DNA of 64,000 nt, taken from NCBI GenBank assembly GCA_963705255.1, contig OY970061.1, positions 1,792,001-1,856,000 on the forward strand. Reading direction: 5' to 3'. Of this stretch, positions 30,340 through 41,223 are shown one piece after another. The notes beneath the pieces were generated by a model, which did no database searches, was not told where the DNA came from, and saw nothing but the letters and a program-made list of their open reading frames with translations. The DNA is from an uncultured Methanoregulaceae archaeon (lineage in GTDB: Archaea > Halobacteriota > Methanomicrobia > Methanomicrobiales > Methanospirillaceae). Position 1 is the first letter of the stretch. Every line of letters starts with the position of its first letter. A program made the position numbers and the translations under genes.

Positions 30340-30420
30340 AGGAGACGCCCGGAATGTCCGGATAATAAAATGTCTCGCTGTAATGATATTTTAAGCGAGC
30401 GCCGGACCGGATACAAAAAA

Positions 30421-31285
30421 TTATTTCCAGTGGTGCTGGTATCCCCGCTTTTCGAGGGGTTTTCCATCCGCCATCACTGCCTTTTCCGGGACGGCTGTGC
30501 CGATGACCGTTGCGGCGACCTCCTGTACCGGAAACCTGCCGGGGGAAATGGTAAAGATCAGTTCGTAGTCCCCGCCGCCATAGAGCGCCAGCTCGCGGGC
30601 CTGGTCCGCGGGAATGCCCGCAGGGAGGGGGAGCCGCGACGAATCGATTGAAAAACCGCACGGGTTGACACTCATCAGATCATAGAGCGAGAGCGCGATG
30701 CCGTCACTGTCGTCCATCATCGCACTCACTCCTGCCCGGCCAAGGATCTGCCCTTCATCCACGCGGGGCTGAGGTTCGAAGAGCGCTTTCTCGTACCTGG
30801 GGGTACCCGTCCAGTCGCGCCTGGGCCTGTCCCGGCGTGCCGGTGATACAGACAAGGTCCCCGGGTCTTGCCCCGGTCCGGCGCACGAGATGATCTTTGT
30901 CCACAAGGCCGAGGCCGGTCGTGACAACGGTGAGCTCGTCGTGCCGGTCTATGTCCCCCCCGATGATGGCGGCGCCGAACCGCGTGCAGCAGTCTTTTGC
31001 CCCCTGCATCACGCCGAAAAGATTCCGCCAGTCATCGAGCCCTACGGCGATGAGCACGTATTTCGGGGCAGCTCCCATGCTTGCGATATCGGAAAGGGTG
31101 ACGGCGGCGCTCATCCACCCTGCCTGCCAGTCCGTCATGCCGGGAACAAAATCTGTTGTCCGGTGCAGCATGTCCGTGGTCGCGACCATGAACTGGTCCC
31201 CGCAGGGCAGGACGGCACAGTCATCAAGGCAGTTTTCCCGCCCGACGATGTCCATCACGGTTTCAAGGAGTTTCCGATCATCCAC
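30421..31285 (-). CDS. thiL: Thiamine-monophosphate kinase, frameshifted near 30797
   Basis: DDCAV, TTDML, SDIASMG, IGGD, DDSDG, GGGDYELIFT. Confidence 0.9.
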
Positions 31286-33242
31286 CTTTTCGTACCTCCT
31301 TACCCCGTTCGCTTTTGTACTCTTTGAAGATGTGCTCTATCATCTCCGATCTCTTCTCCCGCTCTGCCTTTGCCCGCCGGTCCCTCCAGCGGGTAAGCGC
31401 GGCTCCCAGGGTTTCTTTTCCGCACAAACCCTGGTTTCCCCGGACCTGCACGCCAGCCTCCGTATCGGACAAAAGCGGGACACCGGCTTCCGCAAACGAA
31501 GGCGGGAGCAACGGGTCGCCCTCATAGAGGACCTTTTCTCCCACGATGACTGCCTGTACCCTGAGCTCGGCGAGGTCCTTGATCACGCTCCTCCCCCAGC
31601 CGTCCGTGCGGGTCACAAAGATGAGGTCCCCCTCGTCAATTCCTACGTCATCGGCCAGCCTGCGGAGCCCTTCCCGGGTCAGGGTCTCCATCACTTTCAC
31701 AGGCAGCACATCGCCGTCCATCGAAAGTTCAGCGAACTTTTTGATCCTCCCGAGCCGTTTTACGAGGTTGCGGTTATGCCGCTCTTCCTTGCGCAGGAGC
31801 TTTTTCAGGCTCTTGATTACCGCTTCCTTTTTGAGCACTTCTGCATCCTTTGCCAGCTCCACATCCCGTGAAGTATGCACCTTCCTCAGGCGCGACTGGA
31901 GCCGGTGGACTTCGTAGTCCTTCTCCTTGACTTCTTCCTGAAGTTCGGCAACAAACGTGCGCAGGCGTTTCACTATGCCATCGAGCACCCGCACCCGTTC
32001 ATCGTGTTTTGAATCAACCTGGACCGGCGGAGCGGGTGTTTCCGGGACCGTGGCCGGTACTTTCATGTCACCGAGGACCTGATCAAGAGACTGTCCGCGT
32101 ATCACCCGGGCGCGGACCTCGTCGAGATCATGCCCGGGCGGTATCCGCTTCACCAGGTTCTGGAACTTCTGGCGGTACTGGCGGTAGGCATCGAGCGCCG
32201 CGGAGAGTGCGTCCCGTTCATGGTCGTTGGCATATGCAAACGGGGCGGTGAGGTCCACCTTGGTCTCAACACTCACGTCCTGCCGGGGCGTATAGGCAAC
32301 CGCAGAAAATGCCCGGCGGATCTTTTCGACCGTATACGGCATCTCCTGCACATCGGATGCGATGATCAACGGCTTTCCCACTTTGTAGAGTGCCTCGATC
32401 ACATCGGACATGGTCATCTGCCGGGAACTTGCAAGCTGGAGGAGGTTGCCGTCAAGGTCAAGGGCCGCAATCGCTGTCGTTGTACCTGGATCAATCCCGA
32501 CGATCAGGTAACGGGGCTTGCCGGACAGCGGGCGGAACTGTATCCGTTCGAGACGCTTGCCGCTGATCCTGACCTGCACGTCAGCTCCCCGGTAGGTCGA
32601 AACCGGCACCTGATCCCGGGTAGCAAAGACCCGGAATGCCACACGACTGCACCCGCCGAATGCACGGGTCTCCTTCTTCACGTACCTGAGCCCGGCAGCG
32701 GCAAGGGCCATCTCGATCTCCCGCCCTTTGAACTGCACGGCCCCGTGCATCTTCCGGACATACCGGTTCTGGCTCCACCCGCCCTTGCCCGGGGAGCGGT
32801 GGCGGCTCACGACGACCTCGCTCTCGTTCACAAAGGCTATCACTTCTGCACCCGCGCCCAGCGATGCCACCTGCGCAGTCGTCCTCGCTTCGGCGAAAGG
32901 ATCGAACCGGTTGAAACTGATGTTGTACCGTGCAGCTACTTTTCCGAGCGTCTCCTTGCGCTCCCCCCCGGTAACCTGAACGAGCCGCGTCCGGGGCGGA
33001 AGTCCCTGCAGGAAGAAATAAAGCTCATGCTGGTCGGCTGCAACCTCCTGCAGGCTGTCAACCGCGAGAATATCCGGCTGCTCATCGGCAAGCATCCGGA
33101 AGAGACGGAACATCGAGACCTCCAACTCGCCCTCGATGGTCTGGCCGTCCATGCGGACAAGGGCATACATCGGCCGCCGGGACCTGGACCGGACAGAGCC
33201 CCTGATGATATCGATGCCAAAGATCTTCAGCCGGTCACGCAT
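31278..33242 (-). CDS. DUF460 domain protein (RNase H-like domain plus coiled coil)
   Basis: GKGGWSQNRY, IVGIDPGTTTA, NDHERDALSAA; long coiled coil. Confidence 0.85.
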   Translation of the reverse strand: MRDRLKIFGIDIIRGSVRSRSRRPMYALVRMDGQTIEGELEVSMFRLFRMLADEQPDILAVDSLQEVAADQHELYFFLQGLPPRTRLVQVTGGERKETLGKVAARYNISFNRFDPFAEARTTAQVASLGAGAEVIAFVNESEVVVSRHRSPGKGGWSQNRYVRKMHGAVQFKGREIEMALAAAGLRYVKKETRAFGGCSRVAFRVFATRDQVPVSTYRGADVQVRISGKRLERIQFRPLSGKPRYLIVGIDPGTTTAIAALDLDGNLLQLASSRQMTMSDVIEALYKVGKPLIIASDVQEMPYTVEKIRRAFSAVAYTPRQDVSVETKVDLTAPFAYANDHERDALSAALDAYRQYRQKFQNLVKRIPPGHDLDEVRARVIRGQSLDQVLGDMKVPATVPETPAPPVQVDSKHDERVRVLDGIVKRLRTFVAELQEEVKEKDYEVHRLQSRLRKVHTSRDVELAKDAEVLKKEAVIKSLKKLLRKEERHNRNLVKRLGRIKKFAELSMDGDVLPVKVMETLTREGLRRLADDVGIDEGDLIFVTRTDGWGRSVIKDLAELRVQAVIVGEKVLYEGDPLLPPSFAEAGVPLLSDTEAGVQVRGNQGLCGKETLGAALTRWRDRRAKAEREKRSEMIEHIFKEYKSERGKEVRKGG

Positions 33243-34082
33243 TGGATCGCATCCCTGCGGTCGTATGTCAACTGGTATTTCCGGACAAAGAAGGAGAGAA
33301 TGTTGTCGATATCCCGTGCCACGATGGCGGCTGCATTCGGGTGGCTGGTCTCTACCCACTGTGGCCAATCGATGAAGACGCACCTGCCGTCCTCAACAAG
33401 GATATTATATTCTGAAAGGTCGGCATGGATGACACCTGCCCGGTAGACACGGCGGACACCATCGAGGATCTCATCGAGCACTTCCCGGGGACATTCCAGG
33501 CGGCAGCGGTTGAGGATCGTGCCGTGTATCAATGCCATGACGACCGTGTGCCGGTTCTGGCCGATGGGGAGCGGCACGCTGACGTGGGGGTGAAGTTTTG
33601 TCAGTGCCAGAAACTCCCGCTCTGCAGACTTCCGGGAGGCGATGAGCCAGGGACAGTGCCCTTCCTCCATGTACCTCCCGGTTCAGCCGTGCGGAGGCAA
33701 ATGACCGCCCTCCGACCCGGTGGAACTTGATGGCAACAGGCCCGAGCCCGAGGGCTTCGTATACCACGGATTCTTTACCTTCCCCGATAAGCGGGCCGAG
33801 GGCCGTGATCGTCCCATTGCGGGAGAGCGTGGCAAGCGCAAGCGTATCGTATCCGCCAAAAACCAGGGCATAGCCGTCATAGGGAACCGGGTTGAACCGG
33901 ACCATCCCCCACGCGATCAAGCGGGACAACCGGTAGTTGACTTCTGATTCCGACAGTTTTGTGGCAGTCCGGATCTGCTCGAGCGGGACCCAGGCGTAGC
34001 GTTTCATCCCGCGTTCAAGGGCAAGGAGTATCGTCTTTTCGTATTTATTGAGGGTGCGGATATGTTCCGCTGCAACGACCAT
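33227..34082 (-). CDS. RIO2-type Ser/Thr kinase, frameshifted near 33675
   Basis: wHTH N-terminus, IGEGKESVVY, IKFHR, IHADLSEYNIL, IDWPQ. Confidence 0.88.
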
Positions 34083-34195
34083 GATCGTTAGAGTGGTTAT
34101 TTCGCGGACTATAAAATCACATCTTCCGTACCAGCCCGGGAGGATTATCACAACCTTAAACATCTTTATCATCGAGAATAGATCGGAAAAGACGA

Positions 34196-35092
34196 ATGCA
34201 GTGCGACAAGTGCAGAAGAGAGGCGATCATTTTCCAGCCGTATTCGGGAAAGCATCTATGCAGGGAGCATTTCCTGGCAGATGCTGAGACAAAGGCAAAG
34301 CGAACAATTCGCTCTCACCAGTGGCTGCGTCCGGGCGATCATATTGCAGTCGCCCTTTCGGGAGACAAAAAGAGCAGCGCAGTTCTCTTTTTTCTCAAAA
34401 AGCTTACCGGAAAACGCCGCGACATCAGGGTCTCTGCCATCTTCATCGACGAAGGGATCGGTGGTTACCGCGATAGTTCCCGCGCCCGGGGGGTTGCGGA
34501 CGCGCTGGAGACGGAATGCCATACGGGCTCACTGCAGGAAGAGTTCGGCATAACGGTGGACAACCTCGTAAAGGAGAAAGGACGCAATTCCGTATGCACC
34601 TGGTGCCGCACCCTTCGCGACACCCTGCTTATGAAAATCGCTTCTGAACAGGGTGCAACAACGATCGCGAAAGGACGGTCACTCGATGAAAATGCCCTGT
34701 CAACGGTGGAGTTCATGCTGCAGGGAGAGCCGGAGCATCTTTTCAGTTCCTGCCGGGGGGTGCAGAACGGGATATCGTGGATAGAGCCGTTCAGTCATAT
34801 TCCCGCCGATGAAGTGGATCTCTACGCGGACCTGCAGGGGATCGGGTTCCCGGCGACCGGATGTCCTTACGGGAAAATGCCGTTTCACCGGGATGTGAAG
34901 GTCCTGCTGGATGAGTATACCGCCAGCCATCCCGCAACCCGGTATGCCGTTGCAAACCTCGCTGAGACGCTGGCCGGGTACGCGACGCCGGCAGGAGGCA
35001 GCGTCCTCACCTGCGGGCAGTGTGGTTCGGTCATCCGCGGTATATGCAGGGCCTGTGAGATACGCTATGAGGTGAAGCACCGTGGTGCATAA
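34196..35092 (+). CDS. TtuA/NcsA-like (TIGR00269-type) protein with a degenerate PP-loop
   Basis: CDKC..LCREHF, IDEGIGGYR, CTWC, GCPY and a C-terminal Zn finger, but SGDKKS in place of SGGKDS. Confidence 0.75.
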   Translation: MQCDKCRREAIIFQPYSGKHLCREHFLADAETKAKRTIRSHQWLRPGDHIAVALSGDKKSSAVLFFLKKLTGKRRDIRVSAIFIDEGIGGYRDSSRARGVADALETECHTGSLQEEFGITVDNLVKEKGRNSVCTWCRTLRDTLLMKIASEQGATTIAKGRSLDENALSTVEFMLQGEPEHLFSSCRGVQNGISWIEPFSHIPADEVDLYADLQGIGFPATGCPYGKMPFHRDVKVLLDEYTASHPATRYAVANLAETLAGYATPAGGSVLTCGQCGSVIRGICRACEIRYEVKHRGA

Positions 35093-36791
35093 ACCCGGGC
35101 ATATCTGGAGGGCGATCCGTAACTCTCCGGGGATCCAGATCTCGATCTACTTCGTCGCCTTTGCTTCGCTCATCGGCCTGTATACCTATATATTCCACGT
35201 CTTCTACCCCATTCTTGAGAACAATACCATATCCTGGTCCCATGCCCTGTTCTTTGTCGTCGAATCGATGACTACGGTTGGATATACGGACATTCCCCCC
35301 TTCACCAACAATCTGACGATATTCCTTGCCATCCAGATCATGCTCTCGGGCGTCATCATGATCTTCATCGTCGTACCGCTCCTTCTTGCCCCGTTCCTCA
35401 CCACGCTCCTTGCACCGACCCCGCCAAAAAAGACTTCCCATGTCCTCAAGGGGCACATCGTGATCTTCGGCTCGGACGAGCTCACCCGATCGGTGATCGA
35501 CAGCCTGACCATATCAGAACATGATATCGTCATCGTTGAGCAGGATAAAGCAACGGCCCTTGAGATCGCAACCCACTACCGCAGGAAAGCGTATGTCATC
35601 TGGGGCGGATACACCGACCCGAACACGTGGTCTGCGGCACATATTGCCCAGGCAAGCTTCATTGTCATCAGCAAGGATGAGCGGCTGACGGCTAATATCA
35701 TCCTTGGAATACGCAAGATGGCCGGGGGCAGGATCATCTCGGTTATCGATAAGCTCTCATTTGACCGGTACCTGCGCTATGCAGGTGCTGATTATGTCCT
35801 CTCCCCCAAAAATTCGACCGGCAGGATTCTTGCCCGCCACGCGGTCCTGAATCCCGAGGGAGATACTGTCCAGGAGATCCCGGGTATGGACCGGATCACC
35901 ATCAATGTCAACCACACGCCTGACCATGAGATCCGGTTGATCAACATTCCCGTGGTGGCGGGATGCATGGCGGAAGGGAAGAGTCTCAGGGAACTCCAGC
36001 TGTTCGAAAAGTACGGGATCCTCATCCTGTTCCTCTGGAAGTCAGGGACATTTGTCGCACAGCCGGGCAACGCCGTGATCGTTGATGACAGCACCTCCCT
36101 TTTCCTTTTCGGCAGGGCGGATGCAATCATCAGAGCGATTCACGCCGAATTCGATGCCGGAGGGGGGAGGGATGCCAGGGCGGTCATCGCAGGGTTTGGC
36201 GATGTCGGGAGAGCGGCGTACCAGGAACTCCTGTCATCAGGAACGTCATGTACCGTTGTCGATTCAAGGCAGCACGAAGTTGCTGATCAGGTTGTCGGGA
36301 ACGCCGAGGACGAACAGATCCTCAAAGATGCCCGGATTGTGAACGCCCAGTTCTGTATTGTTGCCCTGAACGACGACGACGTGAACATTTTCACCACGCT
36401 GATGGCCCGCAACCTCAACCCGAATATCCGCATCCTCGCCAGGGCAAATGAACCGGCTTCGGTCGACAAACTGTACCGTGCAGGGGCGGACTATGTAGCC
36501 CTTCTCCCCATGATCGGCGGCCAGACAATCGGGAGGATCATCCTCGCCGATACCGTGACCATCCTGCTCGACCTGCCAAACGGCGACATCGTGGTGATGA
36601 AACAGGTCATGCTGAGCCATTCCCGGACAGCCGGGTGGTTTGCACAAAAGAGCGGTGTGCGGATCATCGGCATCGAGAGTATGAACCGTTCGATAATCGC
36701 CCCGGGCCCGGATGAGGTTCTCAAGAGAGACGATAGTATCATCGCTGTCGGGAACACCGAACAATTAAAAAAGTTTATTCATCTACTTTAA
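35082..36791 (+). CDS. Potassium-channel-family protein with tandem RCK (TrkA-N/C) domains
   Basis: Two TM segments plus pore ESMTTVGYTD; AGADYV twice; IAGFGDVG. Confidence 0.88.
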   Translation: MVHKPGHIWRAIRNSPGIQISIYFVAFASLIGLYTYIFHVFYPILENNTISWSHALFFVVESMTTVGYTDIPPFTNNLTIFLAIQIMLSGVIMIFIVVPLLLAPFLTTLLAPTPPKKTSHVLKGHIVIFGSDELTRSVIDSLTISEHDIVIVEQDKATALEIATHYRRKAYVIWGGYTDPNTWSAAHIAQASFIVISKDERLTANIILGIRKMAGGRIISVIDKLSFDRYLRYAGADYVLSPKNSTGRILARHAVLNPEGDTVQEIPGMDRITINVNHTPDHEIRLINIPVVAGCMAEGKSLRELQLFEKYGILILFLWKSGTFVAQPGNAVIVDDSTSLFLFGRADAIIRAIHAEFDAGGGRDARAVIAGFGDVGRAAYQELLSSGTSCTVVDSRQHEVADQVVGNAEDEQILKDARIVNAQFCIVALNDDDVNIFTTLMARNLNPNIRILARANEPASVDKLYRAGADYVALLPMIGGQTIGRIILADTVTILLDLPNGDIVVMKQVMLSHSRTAGWFAQKSGVRIIGIESMNRSIIAPGPDEVLKRDDSIIAVGNTEQLKKFIHLL

Positions 36792-36803
36792 CCGGGTGAA
36801 ATA

Positions 36804-37556
36804 GTGTCAGAAGATCTGGGGTGCAGGATGGGACAGGTCGAACAGATGATCCGCTTCGCCTACTGGAATGCCGGGTGCAGGGGGATCATTGTCGGGCTCA
36901 GCGGGGGAATTGACTCTGCAGTTGCGGCAGCATTCTGCTGCCGGGCTGTCGGTGCGGACAAGGTGCTCGGGCTCTCCCTGCCTTCAGGAGTGAGCAGGGC
37001 GGTTGATACCAGGGACGCCGCGGACCTCTGTACCGGGCTCGGCATGGCACACCGTACCGTACATATCGACCCCATGCTTGCAGCGTTCAGGTCCATGCCG
37101 GAATTCAGGGACACGCCGTATCTCTCGGGAAATCTCATGGCACGCATCCGTATGACCGTCCTGTACTATCATGCCAACCGGGATAACCGGCTCGTCTGCG
37201 GGACATCAAACCGGAGCGAGTACATGCTCGGGTACTGCACCAAATTCGGGGACAATGCAGCAGATATCCAGCCGATCGTCCATCTCTATAAAACTGACAT
37301 TTACCTTGTTGCCCGGGAACTTGGCATTCCCGACCCGATCCTACAAAAGACGCCTTCCGCAGGATTATGGGAGGGCCAGAGTGACGAGAGGGAGATCGGC
37401 CTTTCCTATACCGAAATCGACACAGCCCTCCGTGCTCTCGAGGACCAGGAATGGTCTGCCAGGACACCGGTGGAAGAGAGAGTTCTCGCACTCGTAAAAA
37501 AGAGCGAGCATAAGCGGATCTCCGCACCTAACCTTTTAGCAGTACCTCAAAAATAG
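36804..37556 (+). CDS. nadE: NH3-dependent NAD+ synthetase
   Basis: GLSGGIDSAV, NLMARIRM, GTSNRSE, TKFGD, PSAGLW. Confidence 0.93.
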   Translation: MSEDLGCRMGQVEQMIRFAYWNAGCRGIIVGLSGGIDSAVAAAFCCRAVGADKVLGLSLPSGVSRAVDTRDAADLCTGLGMAHRTVHIDPMLAAFRSMPEFRDTPYLSGNLMARIRMTVLYYHANRDNRLVCGTSNRSEYMLGYCTKFGDNAADIQPIVHLYKTDIYLVARELGIPDPILQKTPSAGLWEGQSDEREIGLSYTEIDTALRALEDQEWSARTPVEERVLALVKKSEHKRISAPNLLAVPQK

Positions 37557-38238
37557 CGGCATATTTTTCCGGCCGGTTCAGGAACGCGAGTGCATCCCCG
37601 TTCCCGATAAGGTTGTACAGCGGCCCCCTGATGATGCGGCGGGCCCCGTGTCCTGAATTGGGCCTGAGGTGCCGGACCGGCGGCAGGTCCGGATACTGAG
37701 GGTTTTTCTCCATGTCGCCGGAACACAATTCGAAATATGCCGCACCGTGACGTTCCTCGTATTCCCGGTAATCACTCTCGAATGCGGTTGAGACGATATT
37801 GGCCATCACCAGGGTCTCGTCAGGCGTGGGATTTATCGACACGTGCCCGTAACCGGGAGGGATGATAACAAGGTCTCCTGCGCATGCCGCGATCAGCACG
37901 ATATCGTCAAGGGTGCGTGACTGGAGGAGGTAATGCGCCTGGCCTTCAAGCACTTCATAGATCTCGGGATATCCCACGCCGGCCATATTATCAGGGTGAT
38001 AATGGCCTTTGGTCTTGACCCATTCGCCACAGAGATCCCGGGGGGGAATGACCGTGAGATCATACCGGAGGTGGCGGGAATGGAGCCACCGCCAGTCGGC
38101 ATCCGATCTCGCAAGATCGCGGTACATAAAATAGAGAGGATCTTCGGATGTACAGAGGGGATTGGCAAGGACAGGGCGCATGTCCCCGATTGTCCGGACT
38201 GCAGGGGCTGGAAGATCCCCGTCCCATCCAAGCATCAC
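37528..38238 (-). CDS. Archaeal cupin-type glucose-6-phosphate isomerase
   Basis: KTKGHYHP, YPEIYEVLEG, IPPGYGHVSIN. Confidence 0.88.
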   Translation of the reverse strand: MMLGWDGDLPAPAVRTIGDMRPVLANPLCTSEDPLYFMYRDLARSDADWRWLHSRHLRYDLTVIPPRDLCGEWVKTKGHYHPDNMAGVGYPEIYEVLEGQAHYLLQSRTLDDIVLIAACAGDLVIIPPGYGHVSINPTPDETLVMANIVSTAFESDYREYEERHGAAYFELCSGDMEKNPQYPDLPPVRHLRPNSGHGARRIIRGPLYNLIGNGDALAFLNRPEKYAAIFEVLLKG

Positions 38239-39563
38239 TTCTTCTTTCGCGTTCCAAGTACATAATACCCGGCGCCGGCCATGAGCAGGACGATGATTAC
38301 AACCACCGGCAGCAGCACGACACTGCTGAATGCCGGTTTCTGGACTACCTGTACCGGTACCTTGAACGTGTCGGAGACCAGGTTGTTATCCAGGGAATCC
38401 TGGTAACTGACTACGGTATCGAGCGCGTAATTATTGACTGCCGCATCAGAACCTGTGCTGATATCGTAGCGTGCGGTTGCCATATCACCGGGTTTCAGGT
38501 CGCCGAGGTATGCGGTGTTGTCAGTACTTGAGAACGGATCGACCGCTGATAACCTCGATTCTGCATGGTAAGCAGTAACCGTACCGGTATTCTGGTACTG
38601 GACGGTGATAACACTGTCCGAACCCTGGGTCACCCTTGGCGTTGCGGAGGTGATGGAAAACGTGATCTTGGCCTGGACCGGGACTCCAATCGTCTGGGCT
38701 TCCGAGGTTACCGTATCTCCATAGCTGTTCTCGTAGGTCACGGCGACATCAACCGGATAGGTCTGATTTTGTGCATCGCTGGAAGCGGCGACCTCATACC
38801 TGCAAAAAACCGGTTGATTCCGCGGGAAGTCCCCGATAAAAATGCTGCTGTCGATCGGTATAACCGGGCTGTTCCCGTTCTGCAGTACCTTTACTATCGC
38901 CTCCCTCCCGTCATCTGACCCCATGTTGACCAGGGTGAGGTCCAGGTATCCGGTGGTACCGACACTCAGGTTCTCTGCCACAGATTTGGTTACCTTGATC
39001 AGTACCGTCGGGGTGATTTTTATGGTGATCGGGAACGTAACATTTTCCCTGACATATATGGAATTGAGGGTATCTGCTGCAGGCTGGGTCGAGGCGGCGA
39101 GATACGTGTAGCCGACCGTGAGCGGGAGCTGGTATTCACCGATCGTTGCATCCTGGGTTATTTTTACAATAATATTTACCGGGACCTGGCCCTGGGTGGG
39201 GATATCTCCGATGTTCTGAGGATCGCTCTTTACAACAACAGGGGCATTACCCGCTGAAAGTCCGACCGTAACCATTTTTGCCGTGGTGGGGACATCGTCG
39301 CGTGGGATGGGACCGGCAGAGTCGCAAATAGTTTGCGTGGATCCCATGGTGCAGGTATAATCCACGGATTCAATGGTACTGATACCGCTGTTCTTCACGA
39401 TCACGCTTATCGTGGCATCCTGCCCCGGCGAAAATTCGTTGACACCTGATAGTACAGCGGACATATAGGGGCTCGCGCCAGAATATGTCGTCACACCCAT
39501 GACCGGAAGCGTGCACAACAGTGACAGGAGCAGGAAAAGGAAGATCTCTTTGCGATATCTCAT
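38235..39563 (-). CDS. COG1361-type S-layer family protein
   Basis: Signal peptide, Ig-like repeats (GEYQLPLTVGY, YLGDLKPG), C-terminal TM plus basic tail. Confidence 0.8.
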   Translation of the reverse strand: MRYRKEIFLFLLLSLLCTLPVMGVTTYSGASPYMSAVLSGVNEFSPGQDATISVIVKNSGISTIESVDYTCTMGSTQTICDSAGPIPRDDVPTTAKMVTVGLSAGNAPVVVKSDPQNIGDIPTQGQVPVNIIVKITQDATIGEYQLPLTVGYTYLAASTQPAADTLNSIYVRENVTFPITIKITPTVLIKVTKSVAENLSVGTTGYLDLTLVNMGSDDGREAIVKVLQNGNSPVIPIDSSIFIGDFPRNQPVFCRYEVAASSDAQNQTYPVDVAVTYENSYGDTVTSEAQTIGVPVQAKITFSITSATPRVTQGSDSVITVQYQNTGTVTAYHAESRLSAVDPFSSTDNTAYLGDLKPGDMATARYDISTGSDAAVNNYALDTVVSYQDSLDNNLVSDTFKVPVQVVQKPAFSSVVLLPVVVIIVLLMAGAGYYVLGTRKKK

Positions 39564-39628
39564 CGGGCATCACTTGTTGTTATCGCTATAACAACATTTA
39601 CTATTGCAGGATATAACGTGATGGCTCC

Positions 39629-40400
39629 ATGACAATGTCGTCAGAAAATCAGTTCCGGCTCATTGAAGGCCTCAAATCGCCTGGATTGACAAAATACGAA
39701 GCTCTTGTCTCCATCGGGATTCTTAAGGTGATGAGAGCCACTGCAACGGAAATCCATGGATCGTCGGGCGTTCCGCGCGCATCATTCTGTCCGGTCATCG
39801 GCCAGCTCCTGGATAGACCTCGTTTCAGTCTTCCGTCGATCCCGAAACGTTTTGCGGCCATACCGCCGGAAGAAGCCATAGCCTGGCTGCGGGTACATTT
39901 CGACCGCGACGCGGATTATGCTCCCGGAAACTCCCCGGCTATCCACAACGGCAGGATGAGGGCTGGACAGGGGGCGAAGAACTGATCTGGAATATTCATG
40001 GCAGGGAGAGCCTGCAAAAAACCCGTCGATCTCATTTCCCGTGCAAAAAGGATATCCGGTTTTTTGCCCGCACCCGGATCTTTTCCGGTGATGTCAGAAA
40101 GGCACTCAACGCTGTCCCGGATATGGTCGACATAATGGTTATCACTTCCCCGTGTGAAGGGCCATCGACCGGAAAACATGAGATCTCTATTAAAAAACAC
40201 CTGCGATGCCAAAGGAACCGGACACGGCCTGGGACCTAGTGGGCGGGGGCATGTGCATCATTGGCGGGTACAGGGTAGTCGCGATTGCGGGATCCGGTGA
40301 TGTGGATGCCGTTGCCCTGTTTTCAGAACCGGGAGGTTTTGCCCGTTTTTTATCCGGTATTACAACTTTAATGTTGAATGGGCAAAAAAGAGACCACAGA
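39629..40400 (+). pseudogene. Degraded TrmB-family transcriptional regulator
   Basis: GLTKYEA...ATATEIHGSSGVPRAS...PKRFAAIPPEEAI, followed by stops and frameshifts; fragments continue to about 40400. Confidence 0.65.
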
Positions 40401-40416
40401 TCTCCCTTTCTCAGTT

Positions 40417-41181
40417 CTAGTAATCACGGATCTCTTCCATGTCGGAGATATCCATGAGGCCCTTCATTGCCTGGGTCTGGACCCACCGCTCCCCTTCCCT
40501 GATCGCGGCCATCGGGTTTGTGCCCCCGATTGCTGCGATCGCAACAAACTGGGGGTTCACCGGCACGCCGAGGAGCGGGACATTGGGCATACCCACTTCA
40601 AGGATACCCGAGTAGCTGCTGCTCGCGAGTTCATCCAGCACCATACCGACGAGGGGTTCGGCCTCCATGTGGAATTCCCGGATATTGGCAAGGATGTTCC
40701 CGCTCCCCCGCCGCATCACGCTGGTGACGGACGTGGTATTCTGGGATATGAGGACCTGGAGCGGGTCGATCGTCGTATGCTCGTAGAGGATGATATGGGT
40801 GAACCGCAGGGGGGTGCGGTTTTCGATCTCAACAACACCTCCGCCGATCGGGTTTATCGGGATCCCCCGCCGGATCAGGAGGCCGTCGAACGTGATGCTG
40901 CACATGGTACAGATTCCCGTACAGCCTTTCGGTATGACATAATCGGCGACCTTCTGTCCCTGTGAATAAAATTTTACCAGTCCGCTGACACTGACTCCCG
41001 TTTTATACGCGTCCTTGAGGACGGATATTGCATAGTCCAGATCCTCGTTTTTGATCAGGGACAGGTTGTAAACAACCTTCCCCTCCCCCGTAACCGGATC
41101 AAACGTGACCTGGATGGCATAATCTTCGATGTTGTGATTGACAAACTTGAGCGGGAGCATCATTACACTAATCTCGGACAT
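40417..41181 (-). CDS. NrpR regulatory-domain (DUF128) protein, NrpRII-like, no HTH
   Basis: CTMCSITFDG, TIDPL, ILANIRE, GGTNPMAA. Confidence 0.85.
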   Translation of the reverse strand: MSEISVMMLPLKFVNHNIEDYAIQVTFDPVTGEGKVVYNLSLIKNEDLDYAISVLKDAYKTGVSVSGLVKFYSQGQKVADYVIPKGCTGICTMCSITFDGLLIRRGIPINPIGGGVVEIENRTPLRFTHIILYEHTTIDPLQVLISQNTTSVTSVMRRGSGNILANIREFHMEAEPLVGMVLDELASSSYSGILEVGMPNVPLLGVPVNPQFVAIAAIGGTNPMAAIREGERWVQTQAMKGLMDISDMEEIRDY

Positions 41182-41223
41182 CGCAATAGAAAAATTGTTC
41201 TATAAGACCATGGCAATTTATTT

